This document shows, piece by piece, positions 51,942 to 62,897 of a DNA stretch of 64,000 nucleotides; the first letter of the stretch is position 1, and each line of letters begins with the position of its first letter. Source of the stretch: Bilabrum cf. latius (lineage: Eukaryota). The stretch is from positions 372,001-436,000 of the forward strand of contig OZ237773.1 of assembly GCA_965178125.1 (NCBI GenBank). Direction: 5' to 3'. The position numbers and the translations under genes are program-made. Under the pieces are notes generated by a model. That model was not told the origin of the DNA, made no database searches, and saw only the letters and a program-made list of their open reading frames with translations.

Positions 51942-52235
51942 TAGAAAGGAGGGTAGAGTGGGGAAGGAGGGAGACTTCAAGTTGCTGCGATCCAAGCGGG
52001 CAATGAAGCGGTTTTGAGAGGGAGTGGAAAGGGCATGCGCCAGGGCGTAAGCACAGTTAGAAGGTACATGAATGAGATTTGAATTCATGGCAATTGTCTC
52101 CGACCCTTCGGCCCCTGTGCTTGCAAAGCACTAGATAGTCTCCATCCGTCCAATTCCGTGCGGGAGCCGCATACATGCTCAAACGAGATTGCACGTTATG
52201 GTATAGATGAGTCGCCTCTAGTCCGTACGATACGT

Positions 52236-53418
52236 TCACACCGCCCCTGCTCCCTGGAACTCCTCGCTGTCGTTCGCGAACGCGCCGTCAGCCACGGGGG
52301 CAGCCCCCGTTTCTCTCAAAGCGCTCTCTGGCAGTGCCCCCTTCCCCGCCCGCTACCTGCTCCCAGACCCGCTCGCACTCATCACACCGCCCCCCTTGGA
52401 ACCGTCCCCCGCCACGGCTTGCTCGAAGGCAGCGCCCTCCCAGTCGGTATCCCCGCCCTGCCCCTGCGCCTGCCCCTGCCCCTGCCCCTCACCCCTCCCC
52501 TGCGCAGCACCGCTGCCATTCTGGCTCCGAGTCGATCCCTCCCGCTCCCCAGCTGGCAGTGCGCTTCCGAATCGCGCCGAAGCCGCCCCTGCCCCAGGCC
52601 GGCCTCCCCCGGACACGAACCCCGCCCGCCTGGCGATCTCTGCCCTGCGGAGGACCTCGTTCAGGTACCCCGCGGCCCCACCCACCAGCAGCCCCACCGG
52701 ATAGCAGAAATAAAGCTCGTCCTCCCACAGTATCCTCCGCATGGCCGCCCCCCTGTAGTCCTCGATGTCCACCACCCCGAACACGAAGCCGAAGAGGAAG
52801 CCCAGCAGACTGCACGAAAACAGGATCACGTTGATCTGGCTCGCACTGCCGATCAGACCCACGCGGAGCTCCGCGGCTCGGCGGCGGTCGTCACCGGACG
52901 ATGACGACGCGAGCTACTCGGCATGTGGGTCTCGTCTGGCGCACATGACGCCACCAATGTCCGTGACAGAGAAGGCGAACGCGAAGCAGATGGACGTCCC
53001 AAGTGTCGCGTACATGGGGACTTTCACCACGGGGCTCAGCTGGAACAGGTTCTCGTCGAGGAGGAAGCACACTAGGCCTGAAACGACGACGAGGCCAGAA
53101 AACGCGTAGAGCTGGACAAAACTTCGGCCCTCGTGCTGCCGGGTGAGCATCTGGACTCGGAGGGCAAGCAACCCACCAATGAGGGCAAGCAATATACCAA
53201 AGTCTGCGATTGTGTGAATGGGTGTACTAAATTCTTCTATAGCAAGCGCACAGATACGAAAATGGAGACATGATTGCAATAAACTCACAGAATGAAAAGA
53301 AGTTGGACACGGAAATCTCGAGCAGCGTTGAGTTCGCAATCCAAGACACTCCCATGCCCAGGAGGCCCCCAATCACTATTGAGACAAAATGTCTGCATTC
53401 GCACGCACTACCCGACAT
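52236..53418 (-). CDS. Multi-pass membrane protein of unknown function; 2 exons
   Basis: ATG 53418, intron 53204-53288, about 6 hydrophobic segments (LLEIS, PMYATLGTSICFA, FGFVFGVVDIED). TAGs at 52914 and 52353; TGA at 52236. Confidence 0.75.
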
Positions 53419-54139
53419 GAAAACTAAGTTGTACGCGTCTGATTGGGCCCGAAGTGAGGAAGGTCGTGTGATGAGTGACGCTGGCTCTGGGCTCCACTGC
53501 ACACGCACACCCCCTTCCCAGTACACTGCCACCCGGTACGATGACCACAAATATGTGCTGCTTTCTGCGCACCTCTGCGCGTATCTATGGGCACCCCTTG
53601 ATCAAGCTTGCGCACCCGTGCACACGCCCCTTGCTGCACCCGGCTGGCACACAACATTGCCACTGCCAGCCGTGCCCGTCTGCAAGCTTGCCATTGGCCT
53701 TGGCCTCAGGCTGGCCAGTTGCAAGCGGTGGGTCACTGCGGCATGCCCCGCCCAGCATCGTGCGGCATCCACTCCGCAGTCCATCTACTCCTCTACCCGC
53801 ACCCGCCATTGTGCCAACCCAATCCCCGCAGCAAGCCCCCGGGCCGGGCCCAGCGAGCTAGATCTACTCACCGACGGGGCAGGTCGGGAGCGGGGCAAGC
53901 CTCCGCTGGCAGGCGCACTGCCTGGGCCACTGCTAGTGGAGGAGGAAACCATACCATACTGAAGGCAGAGTCTCACTGTATCGGCACAAAGCCGCTGCTA
54001 CGCACCAACTTAGCTCTCACTCGCACGAACGCCCCGTCGATGCGGGTCATTCGCTGCAATTTCTGAAACGATGAAGACAAATACTGGCTCCGCCAAAGTG
54101 CAACACCGCAAGCTCACGACTGGGCCACCGGTCCTCGCA

Positions 54140-56692
54140 ATGGGAGCCGGTGTGATTGTTGTAGTGGTATTACTTATCCTTGCTGCGATAGCGGCTGGGG
54201 TGTACTACTGGATGTATCTTCGGCAGAAGCGCCAGGAAGACAAAGTGCTCAACCGCGTCGGCGAGGATCCGTTCGCTCCCGGGGCGGGAGGGCCCGGCAC
54301 GGTATGGGGAGGCGGAGCAGGAGATTATGTTCTTATTGAGGACGGTGCGATTGAGTCAAGAGGGGGCGACGGCTCGCATGCTTCCGGCCAAAATCGCGGA
54401 TCGGCTGCCGAACGCCGCACGAGGGAAGAAGCCCAGCTCGTGGCCGCTGCGCTCGACCCTGCGGTAATGGAACTGCGTCTATACAAAAATGAGGTGCACA
54501 AAATTGATTTATTGTTCCCGAACGGCTGGGCCAAAGAGGAGGCCGAGTCGACGGAAGCGGTGTGCGTCCAGTTCAGCCACGAGCTCGATTTGGGCCAAGG
54601 GAGCACTCCGAAGTACTTGAGGTTCTCTGTCAGCTGGGACGACGTGTCCTTCGTGTCCATGTCCTCGATGAAGTTCGCCACGAACATGGCCGACCGCCTG
54701 CCCCGCATGGTGGCCGGAGCTCGCATCCTGGACGTGTCCCCGTACAGGGGCACCCCCAGCGCGGCTGCCTCCTTCGGGGGAACAGGGACTGTTGGCGGCG
54801 GAGGACCAGGGGAGGGGCTGGGCGGTGGTGGCTAGGACTGGTCGCACGGCGTGACCGTGGGGGGCAGGGGTACCAGCCACAGAGACGCCTACCAGGTGAC
54901 CTACCGGGTGCCGGTGGGGGCCCCGCAGGAGGGGGGAGGGGACGGGAGTGGCGGGAGGGGGAATACCCCTGGGGGTAGCGGGGGTCACGAGGACCCCTCG
55001 ATGGACCTGCAGGTGTGGAACGTGATTTTGCTCAGCGGGGTGGGGCGCAGGGGGCGCAGGTCCGATTCCCACTGGAAGGCATTCACGCTCAGCTTCGGGT
55101 GTCCCGCTTCGGTCGCCCCGGGGGCGATGCCCCTGGCGCAGGCACTGGTGGAGGCATTCACCATCCGGCCAGAGGCTAGGCGCGCACAGGCCCCCGTCCG
55201 GGCACCCCGCGGCATGGGCCGGCACAGGCGGCACAGCAGCAGCGGGGGCTCGGAGACCTCCTTCTCCAGCCTGGGCACGGGTGTGACGAGTGCGGGGGGG
55301 CTCGGGGGGTCGTCCACGGCGACCTCCTCCTCTTCGGATCCCGAGAGCGACAGGGGCTCCGCGGCGGGTGACAGTGTGACGAGTGCGGACACGGGGGGTC
55401 TGGAGGGCGAGGGCGGCGTGTCTGTGCCAACTGGAAGGAGCCACAGGGTGTCCAGCGTGGGCAGCGCGGGCTCGTCTGCCTCGAGGCGGGGCAGGGGCGG
55501 GGGTCGCGGGGGCAGGGGCGGGGGCAGCAGTGGTCGGCGCGGTGGTGGTGTGACGAGTGGTGGTGGCCCCGGGTGGGTGCAGGACGCGCTGCGGGGGAGG
55601 AGCTTCGCCTCCGAGAGCGAGTTCTCGCAGTCCTTCTCGGACAGGGAGGGACTCGGAGTCTCGATGCACTCGTCACACATGGGGTCCCCCGCGGTGCCGC
55701 GTGGCATCGCCGGGCTGTCTGCGGCAAGGGCCAGGGCGGCAGCAGCTGCGGGCAAGGGGGGGGCTCCATCCGGTGGGGGGGGGCTGTCGCCGGGAGGTGA
55801 CGCAGGGGGGGTGGCGGGGATCCAGCTAGGGAGTCCCCTGCCCCCGGGCCTCAGGGGACGGACCCCCGGGGTGGGGACACGGGGGGGGCAATCCAGCGGT
55901 ACCCCTGTCGCGGGCTCCAACGGGGCGGCCAAGCAGGACGGGGGAAGTTTCGGCTCCGGATCCATGGAGCGCATGTACGCCGCGGGGGTGCCTGCCTCTG
56001 CCTCCGCCATCGCCTCGAGCAAGCGGCAGAGGCGGGGGTAGCGCGGTGTGACGAGTGGTGCGCGTCGGAGCCTGGCCTCGGGCGCACCGGCCTCGTCCGC
56101 GACCCCTGATGTGACGAGTGACCTGTCGGAGCGAACCGTCCGCGCCGCCGGCCTCGCCCTCCTTGTTCCCTCCTCCTGGGCCGCGGGCCGCCCCGAGGCG
56201 GTGCAGGCCAGGGGGGGGGGCAGGCCGAGCACGGTGCGGGCCAGCTGGCAGTCGGGTCCGCTGGCTGGGGGAGAAGGTGTGACGAGTGGTGGTGCGGTGC
56301 GCGACTTGTGGGGCGAGGTGAACGTGATGTGTCTGGTACAGGGGGGTGGCGGTGTGACGAGCGAGGGGGGTGTGGTCAAGCAGCTGCGCGCCTTTTTCCA
56401 GTCGCAGATGCAGAAGTCGGGAGCCCAACCTGCCGGCGCCGGCAGCGGCGTTGTTCCCTCGCCGCTGCCCGAGGGCGCAGAGGCGTACCGGCTGGAGAGG
56501 CAAGGTGTGCCTGTGGTGGCGGTGTCGGCGGTGGGCGGTTTCGCCAGGGCAGGCGCGCATGCAGGGGTGGTCGGGTACGTCGTGACGGTCTCGTTCGCGG
56601 CAAAGGATCCGGAGTCGGAAAGCAGCGCAGACCGGTGGGGGTGGGAGCTGTCTCGGCAGGTGCTCGGGTCGCTGCGGGGAAGCGACGAGTGA
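54140..56692 (+). CDS. N-terminally anchored protein of unknown function
   Basis: N-terminal TM, one frame through TAG 54833 and 56039 to TGA 56690. Confidence 0.7.
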
Positions 56693-57004
56693 TTTGAGCG
56701 GGTGGGGCGGATGGGGGGATAGACCTGCATGGAGGGGCAAGCACCGCAGCTCCGCTGCAGCTTTGCACGGTTTGCGATCTAGTGCTTGCCCTTGCCTTCG
56801 CACTGCTTCACCTGCATGCACAGCACCGCGGCAGGGCTGAAATGCTGGCAGTCGTCACAGCTCGTTCCGGTTCGAGGAGCTGCCGGCGGTTTTGAAGTCG
56901 GAGTGCCAGGAAAGAACGTTATTGTTCGTCTGTGGTATCCGGTCGTGTCACAGGGACATTTTCTATCAGCGCTGCATTTGACCCGATACCGTCCAACACA
57001 TTCA

Positions 57005-60000
57005 ATGTCCGGGCGGGCGTCGGACTCAGCGGCGTCCGGCAGCTGGGCGGCGAGAACACCAAACCCCCGGGGACGTAGCCCCCCGAGGCCTCACACTGGC
57101 ACATTAGGTACTCCAAACAGTCAAGCCGGCGAGATTTACGGCGATGAAATCCAAGATCGTGCGCCGGACGATCCTGGCTCGAAGCTGTCACGAGTGCTGC
57201 GCGCAGCTAGAGCTCTAGCGTCCTCGTCACAACACAAAGGCGGACACGTGCAACTTATCTCAAGAGGGATGCTCCTCGTTGCATCACAGCTACGGGACGC
57301 ACAGGCCGCCAAGGCCCGGGCCGAAGCTGCTTTGGATCTGTCGCAGAGGCAGCTGCAGCACGCGCTCGCTCTCGGCCTCTCGACCGAGCGGCAGCCCGGC
57401 GTAGACCGCTCTCGAATAATACAGTCTAGAAGTCGGGCCAGGTCCATCCGGAGTAGCACACGAGGCAGTGCGCCGAGCAGCGGGCACCCGTCCCCGACGG
57501 CCCGCCGCTCCCGCGCATCCTGCCCTGAGGCTGCCCCCAGCTCAGCAGGGCATGCTGGTGCTGGCGCTAGCGGGGGCGACCAGGACGTCTTGGGGTCCGC
57601 CGCGTCTGCCATCCGCTCCTCCGAATTGGAGCGAGCACGAGCACTTGCTCGGCAGGCCATCGAGGCGGCCGCGCGCGCGGATGCAGACGCGAGCACTCGC
57701 CGGGAGGAGGTCGCGGGTGCGGTCGAGGCCCAGGACGCGCTGGCTGGGAGGGTCCGAGAGCTGGAGGCGCAGCTGGTGGACGCGAGGGCGGACGCACAAG
57801 GGGCCATCGAGGAGGCCAGGGAACAAGCGAGCGATGCCAGGGAACAAGCGGGCCGGATGGCGGAGGCCTGCGACAGGCTAAGGAGGGAGGGGGCGGCGCG
57901 GGAGCGGGTGGCGGGGGAGGCCGCGGGGGCGCTGGAGGCGCGGGCCAGTCGGGCGGAGGAGGAAATGAGGGCGGAGCGGGCGATGAGGGAACAAGCGGAG
58001 GAGGGGCGGGAGGCGGCGCTGCAGGAGGCGAGGCAGGCCGCGAGTCAGGCGGCCAAGGCGCTTAGGAGAGCGGCGGCTGCGCGCGCGAAAGCAGATGCCG
58101 TGCGCAAGGAACTAGCCGTTGAGCGGGAGAAGAAGGCCGGGGATGTGGCCCGCATGAGTGCACTGAGGAGGAGGGTGAGGCAGCTGGAAAAGGAGCTGGA
58201 GAGGGCCCGGCTCCAGGGAACAATGAGGAGGAGGGACGCGGCTCGGCTGGCGGCGCTGGAGGACATGCAGGACCGGATGAAGACGAGGAGTGGGGGTGGG
58301 GCGAGTACGGGGGTCTAGGCCAAGGGAGGGGGGAGCCAGGGGGCGCAGGAGGGTGTGATGAGTGCGTCCATGTCCCGGTGGCCAGGGAACGTTCCTCCCG
58401 GTTCCCTGCCGGAGGACGAGGACGCCAGAAGCGAAGTGGGCGGGTGCAGAGGGGGGCAGCAGTCCCTGGATTCAGATGCGGGCGCGTCGGTGTTGAGGTG
58501 GAGGCGGCGGTGTGACGAGTTAGAGGAGGCAGCAGAGGGCCTGCGGTGGGACCTGACGGCAGCCATGGAGGTGGCGGGGGAGGCGCGAGCGGGGCTTGCG
58601 AGGGCGAGGGGCAGGGAGGAGGCGGCGCTGGGGGCGCTGCAGCGGGTGGGGGAGGGGCTTGCGGCGGTGGCTGGCAGGGCCAGGGCGGTGTGTGACGAGT
58701 GCGGGCGGGCGGGTGTTGGAGTGTCTGCGAGTCGGCTTCTGCTGGAGGAGGTGTTGAGGCTTCGGGCTCTGATGTCTGGTGGCGGGGGCCGAGGCGGTGA
58801 GGGTGGGGGAACTGTGAGCAGAGCAGCTGGCGAAAAAGAAGGCGAAGGGGGTAGGGTGCATGTGCGAGGGGGCGGTGGGAGCAGCGCGGCGGCTGCATCG
58901 CTGTCCCCTGACCAAGAAGCCATGCTGGCGAGGACGGGCGAGCTGCTGCGGGAGGCGCACGAGAGGCAGGCTGAGGCGGTGAGGAGACAGGCTTGGCTTG
59001 AGGAGGAGAACGAGAGGCTGAGGAGAGAGGTGGAGGGATGGAATGGGCAGGGGCTTGCATAGGACGGCGGCATTGGCGCATAGGACATGCAGGGGGCGAC
59101 AATAGTCTCAGGCTCAGGCGCTGCTTCCAAGGAGGGGACAGCCACGAATGCTGCGGAGGCAGGGGCAGGGACAGTGCCGGTGATACCAGCACCAGAAGTA
59201 GTGGCCATGCCAAAGCCAATGGGTGGCAGCAGCAAGGAATCGGGAGTGGTCAGACCTGAAGAGGAGGAGGATACAGGAACTGCGGTAGGGGCCGGAACGG
59301 GGTCACAGGGGCGCGAAAATAGTGAGAATGATGGACAGGAGCAAGAGCACGAGCAGATCCGAGAAGAGGACCATGACCATGACCGGGACCGGGACCGGGA
59401 CCAGAATCAGGATCAGGATCAGGAGGGTGAGCTGGACGACGCCTCCCAGCAGCTGCTGCAGCACATGGCAGCGCAGATGGAGAGGCCGGGCGGGGGTGTA
59501 TCCAGCGCGCTAGAGGTATTCCTCGCCCATGAGGGGGAGGGAGAGGGGGAGAGTGGTCAGGGTGGTGACTCCTCTGACGTCACTGGTGGCGCTGACGTGG
59601 CGCAGATGCTCGCACAGGCACCCCCTGTCCTGGACGCATACGGTGCCTCAGGGGATCACGAGGAGCAAGAGCAAGAACAGGAACAAGAAGAGGGCCATGG
59701 TCATGGACATGGACAGGGACAGGATCATGGATAGGGACAGTCAGAGGGGGCAGATCCAAGCCCGGTATCTGCCCAGACCGCATCCACGTACGTTGCGGGT
59801 CAGCCACCAGCGGTTGCAACCTCGCCTTCTCTTGTGGTTGCAACCACGCAGCCTGGTGCAGCCACGGCCAGCGGGCCATCCTCGTCGTCCTCCAATGCCA
59901 CTATCAATGCCACTGCCAATGCCCCGGCCCAGGCACAGGCCCGGGCCCGGGCCCGGGCACAGGGGCAGGGACAGCCAGCGACCCCGCCGAGGAGTCGAAG

Positions 60001-60406
60001 CACGCACCGCGCGCCCGCTGGATCTGGATCTGGATCTGTCGGTGTGACGAGTGCATCGTCACCCTCCGTGCCCCCGCAGCTGGCGCAGGGAGCCCACGAG
60101 GGGGTGTCCGGTCCCCCAGGCGGGGGGGGTTCACCCCGGGGGGGTGCTCCCGGGCGGGCTGCACCCCTGCCCAGGGCACGGGGAGCGGGGGCGGGCGCTG
60201 GGCTAGGCCGGGGTCCGGCCGCGGGCATCGGTGCATCTGGGAGTGCTGGGGGGCAGCAGTAGCAGCAGCAGCAGGTCTAGAGCAGGCAGGAGCCCCCGGC
60301 TGGCGGTGGCGATGACTCGGAGCCAGAAACCAGGGCTGCGCCCCGGGGACAAGGGGACGAGGAGGACCCGGCGGAGGACCAGGATGGCGCCGAGGGCGGG
60401 GTGTGA
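57005..60406 (+). CDS. Long coiled-coil protein
   Basis: One frame through TAG 58316, 59060, 59081, 59732, 60260 and 60278 to TGA 60404. Ala/Glu/Arg-rich heptads. Confidence 0.7.
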
Positions 60407-60508
60407 TGGTCGTTATCACCGTGCATGATATTTGTATTGCGTGTGTGCAAGCGCTGTGATGGGCCGATGGATGTCGGCGACAGGTCCACATGTACCTACA
60501 GATTCGAT

Positions 60509-60922
60509 TCAATCTATTCTTGGCTTCTTGCCGGCTGGGCTTGCACCTACGCTGCTACTATCATCCTTGGATCCAACTGCTGTGGATGCTTCATCGCTGG
60601 TCTTGCCTGGCAAAACCTTGGTGCTATCGTCCGCATCGACTGCAGCACTTGGTGCGCTCGATGGATACCCTTTATCCTTCACGAAGGCATCCGCCTGCAA
60701 CTTCGCCTCTTTAATAGCATCTAGCAAATGACCATATTGATGCTTTCGAGGCTTCGGCAGCTCGCCGCCGTCGTGCCTTCCAGTGTATTTGGTGGAGTAC
60801 GGCTCTGCATCGCATTCCTCGTCCGGTGGCAGCTTGCTCACGTCGCGGCAAATCGAAACCGTCGTTTCGTGACCAGGTACATTGATTTTGACTTCAACAA
60901 GCTAAGTTGTGGCAGAAGACAT
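60509..60922 (-). CDS. Small protein (137 aa) with C-terminal NLS-like KKPR; weak resemblance to KEOPS Gon7 layout
   Basis: ATG 60922 (MSSATT), TAG at 60902, TGA at 60509. Confidence 0.55.
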
Positions 60923-61050
60923 GCCTCCACCGGGTATATAAACTGTATTTTATCATCTGCATGCTCTCGTGCTAGATTCGGAGCATGCACGGCCACAAGA
61001 GTTGAACAGCGCCAGTCATATTTACACACAATCCGCGGAATAACCTCATA

Positions 61051-62694
61051 ATGATACGTTTGTTCTGTGTGTATGCGAGCATTTTGGTTGCTGGCGTGCT
61101 GCTTTCGGTGTCTCCGGTGGTTGCAGTTCGAAGGATCCCGGCGATTGGCAGGGAAAGCGCAGGGAAACGCAAGGAGACGCCTTTCAAGGTCGGCCATGCA
61201 ATTCATGAAAGGTCTGCAAGTAATGCTGGCTACATCCTGCATGCGACGGACTTTGGGGCGGATCCAAATGCAACGACGGACTCGACAAGGCAGCTGCAAG
61301 CCGCGCTGGATGCGCTCGATTCTCGCAGCGTTCCGCAAGAGGCTGGACACATCGGCGCCGCAGGAGCAGCTTTGAGCCTGGATGGTGGGGCGTACCTGGT
61401 CGGCTCCCCGCTGTGGATGCATGCCGCCAACACTCGCCTGTGCTGCGGGATGCTCATCGCCTCTCCCTCGTTCAACGCCAGCGAATTCATGCTGCACGTG
61501 CAAGGCGGTGAGCTGGTCACGATCGAGGACGTATCATTCGACATGAATCACACCGGTGGCGGCCTGGACCTGAACGGCGTGCTCCGCGCGAGCATAGAGC
61601 GCACGTACTTCGTGCACTACTCCACCATCGGCGTCCGGGTGCGCGAGGGACACGAGGTGCACGTGGGGTCTTCTTTCTTCGGGGAGTACTGGTGGACTGA
61701 CCCCGCCCGCACCGCAGGGAACATGACCGGCACCGCGATCGAGATCGATGGGCAAGACCACTGGATCTCGGACGTTACCATATTTGCGGGATATGAGGGC
61801 ATCCGAATGAAGGGAGGTGCCGCCCTGATCGAAGGAGTGCACGCCTACCCGGGGGGCAAGGGGGCAGCTCTTCACCTCGAGGGGTACGGTGCACGCTCGA
61901 TCAGGGCCGTGGGGAACTACTGGGACGGGAGAGGAGTGGTGCTGGAGGCCCCCTTTCAGCACGTAGAGATTGCCTAGTCGCTGTTCCTGCAGGGTACTGG
62001 GGTAGAGGTGCGGGCCACGAAAGGGTCCTTGCAAGGAAGCGCTCGTAGAACGGATCCGAGCCGCGCGCAGGGCGGCGCATTGCCGGACGCCTACGGTCTG
62101 CTGGTGCAGGGTAATCAGTACCAGCTGTGCGGTCACTCCAGCGACGCGCCCGGGCAGCAGCCCAACGTGACTGTTTGGGTCAATGCGAGCAGTGCAGAAG
62201 GTCGGGTGCTCGCGGGGGCGCAGCAGGTCGTTGTCAGAGACAATACCGTGGACGGCAGCTGCTTCCAGCAAGCCGTGACTCGAATGGAACTGAGCGGCGT
62301 GCTGACCCCGAGCGACGCCGTCAACGGGACAGGGGGTTCTCTCCGGACTGTATGGCTGCCCATGTCTGTGGGGGGTGGTCCGCGCCCGGACGGAAGCGGG
62401 CGCAGCACGCGACTGCTGTTGGACGCTGCAGTGGCTCCACCGCGCCCGGTGGCAGCGCAGGCCTGGTTCCAAAGCGCTCAAGTAGGGGCAGGCGGAGAGG
62501 GACTGAGGGGGGAGGGTGCTGCGGCGAATTTCGGCAGCATCGCATGCCTGGGTGCTCGTGCCTCCGCTGGTCCGTATTCGGCTCCCGACGGCGGCATGCG
62601 GGTCATTGTGGAAGGGATTCCTGCTGGGTGTGACTTGGTGGAGGCTGGCAATGTCACCGTCTCGGTCACAGTAACGCAAGAGAGCGCGGCGTGA
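61051..62694 (+). CDS. Secreted pectin-lyase-fold protein, polygalacturonase QRT3-like
   Basis: Signal peptide, ATDFGADPNATTDST, LSLDGGAYLVGSPL, GHEVHV, GTAIEIDGQDHWISDVTIF. TAG at 61975, TGA at 62692. Confidence 0.75.
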
Positions 62695-62897
62695 AGTGTA
62701 GGAGGGCTAGACAGGTGCTGCCAAGTAATTTGCTGAAATCAAGACCTGATCCAGGGTCGGATCTCAGACAACATGATAAGGCAGGCTTGTGTAGCTTGGA
62801 CACCAAATCATGAGGACCAGTCTGATGAGGACTAGCTATCCCGGATTGAAAGTCCACATAAAATTTATTGCACTGAAGCTGAATCGATGTGGTTTCA

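Noticed and set aside
40415-59235. Long opposite-strand or alternative-frame ORFs (e.g. 45641-47401 +, 54985-56730 -, 58062-59219 -)
   Set aside because: These are shadow ORFs expected in GC-rich coding DNA. They have no recognisable motifs and overlap better-supported genes.
3634-62694. Cluster of pseudogenes with nonsense mutations
   Set aside because: The interruptions are almost exclusively TAG across ~16 unrelated genes, and catalytic motifs, splice sites and frames are intact. Decay would also produce TGA, TAA and many frameshifts.
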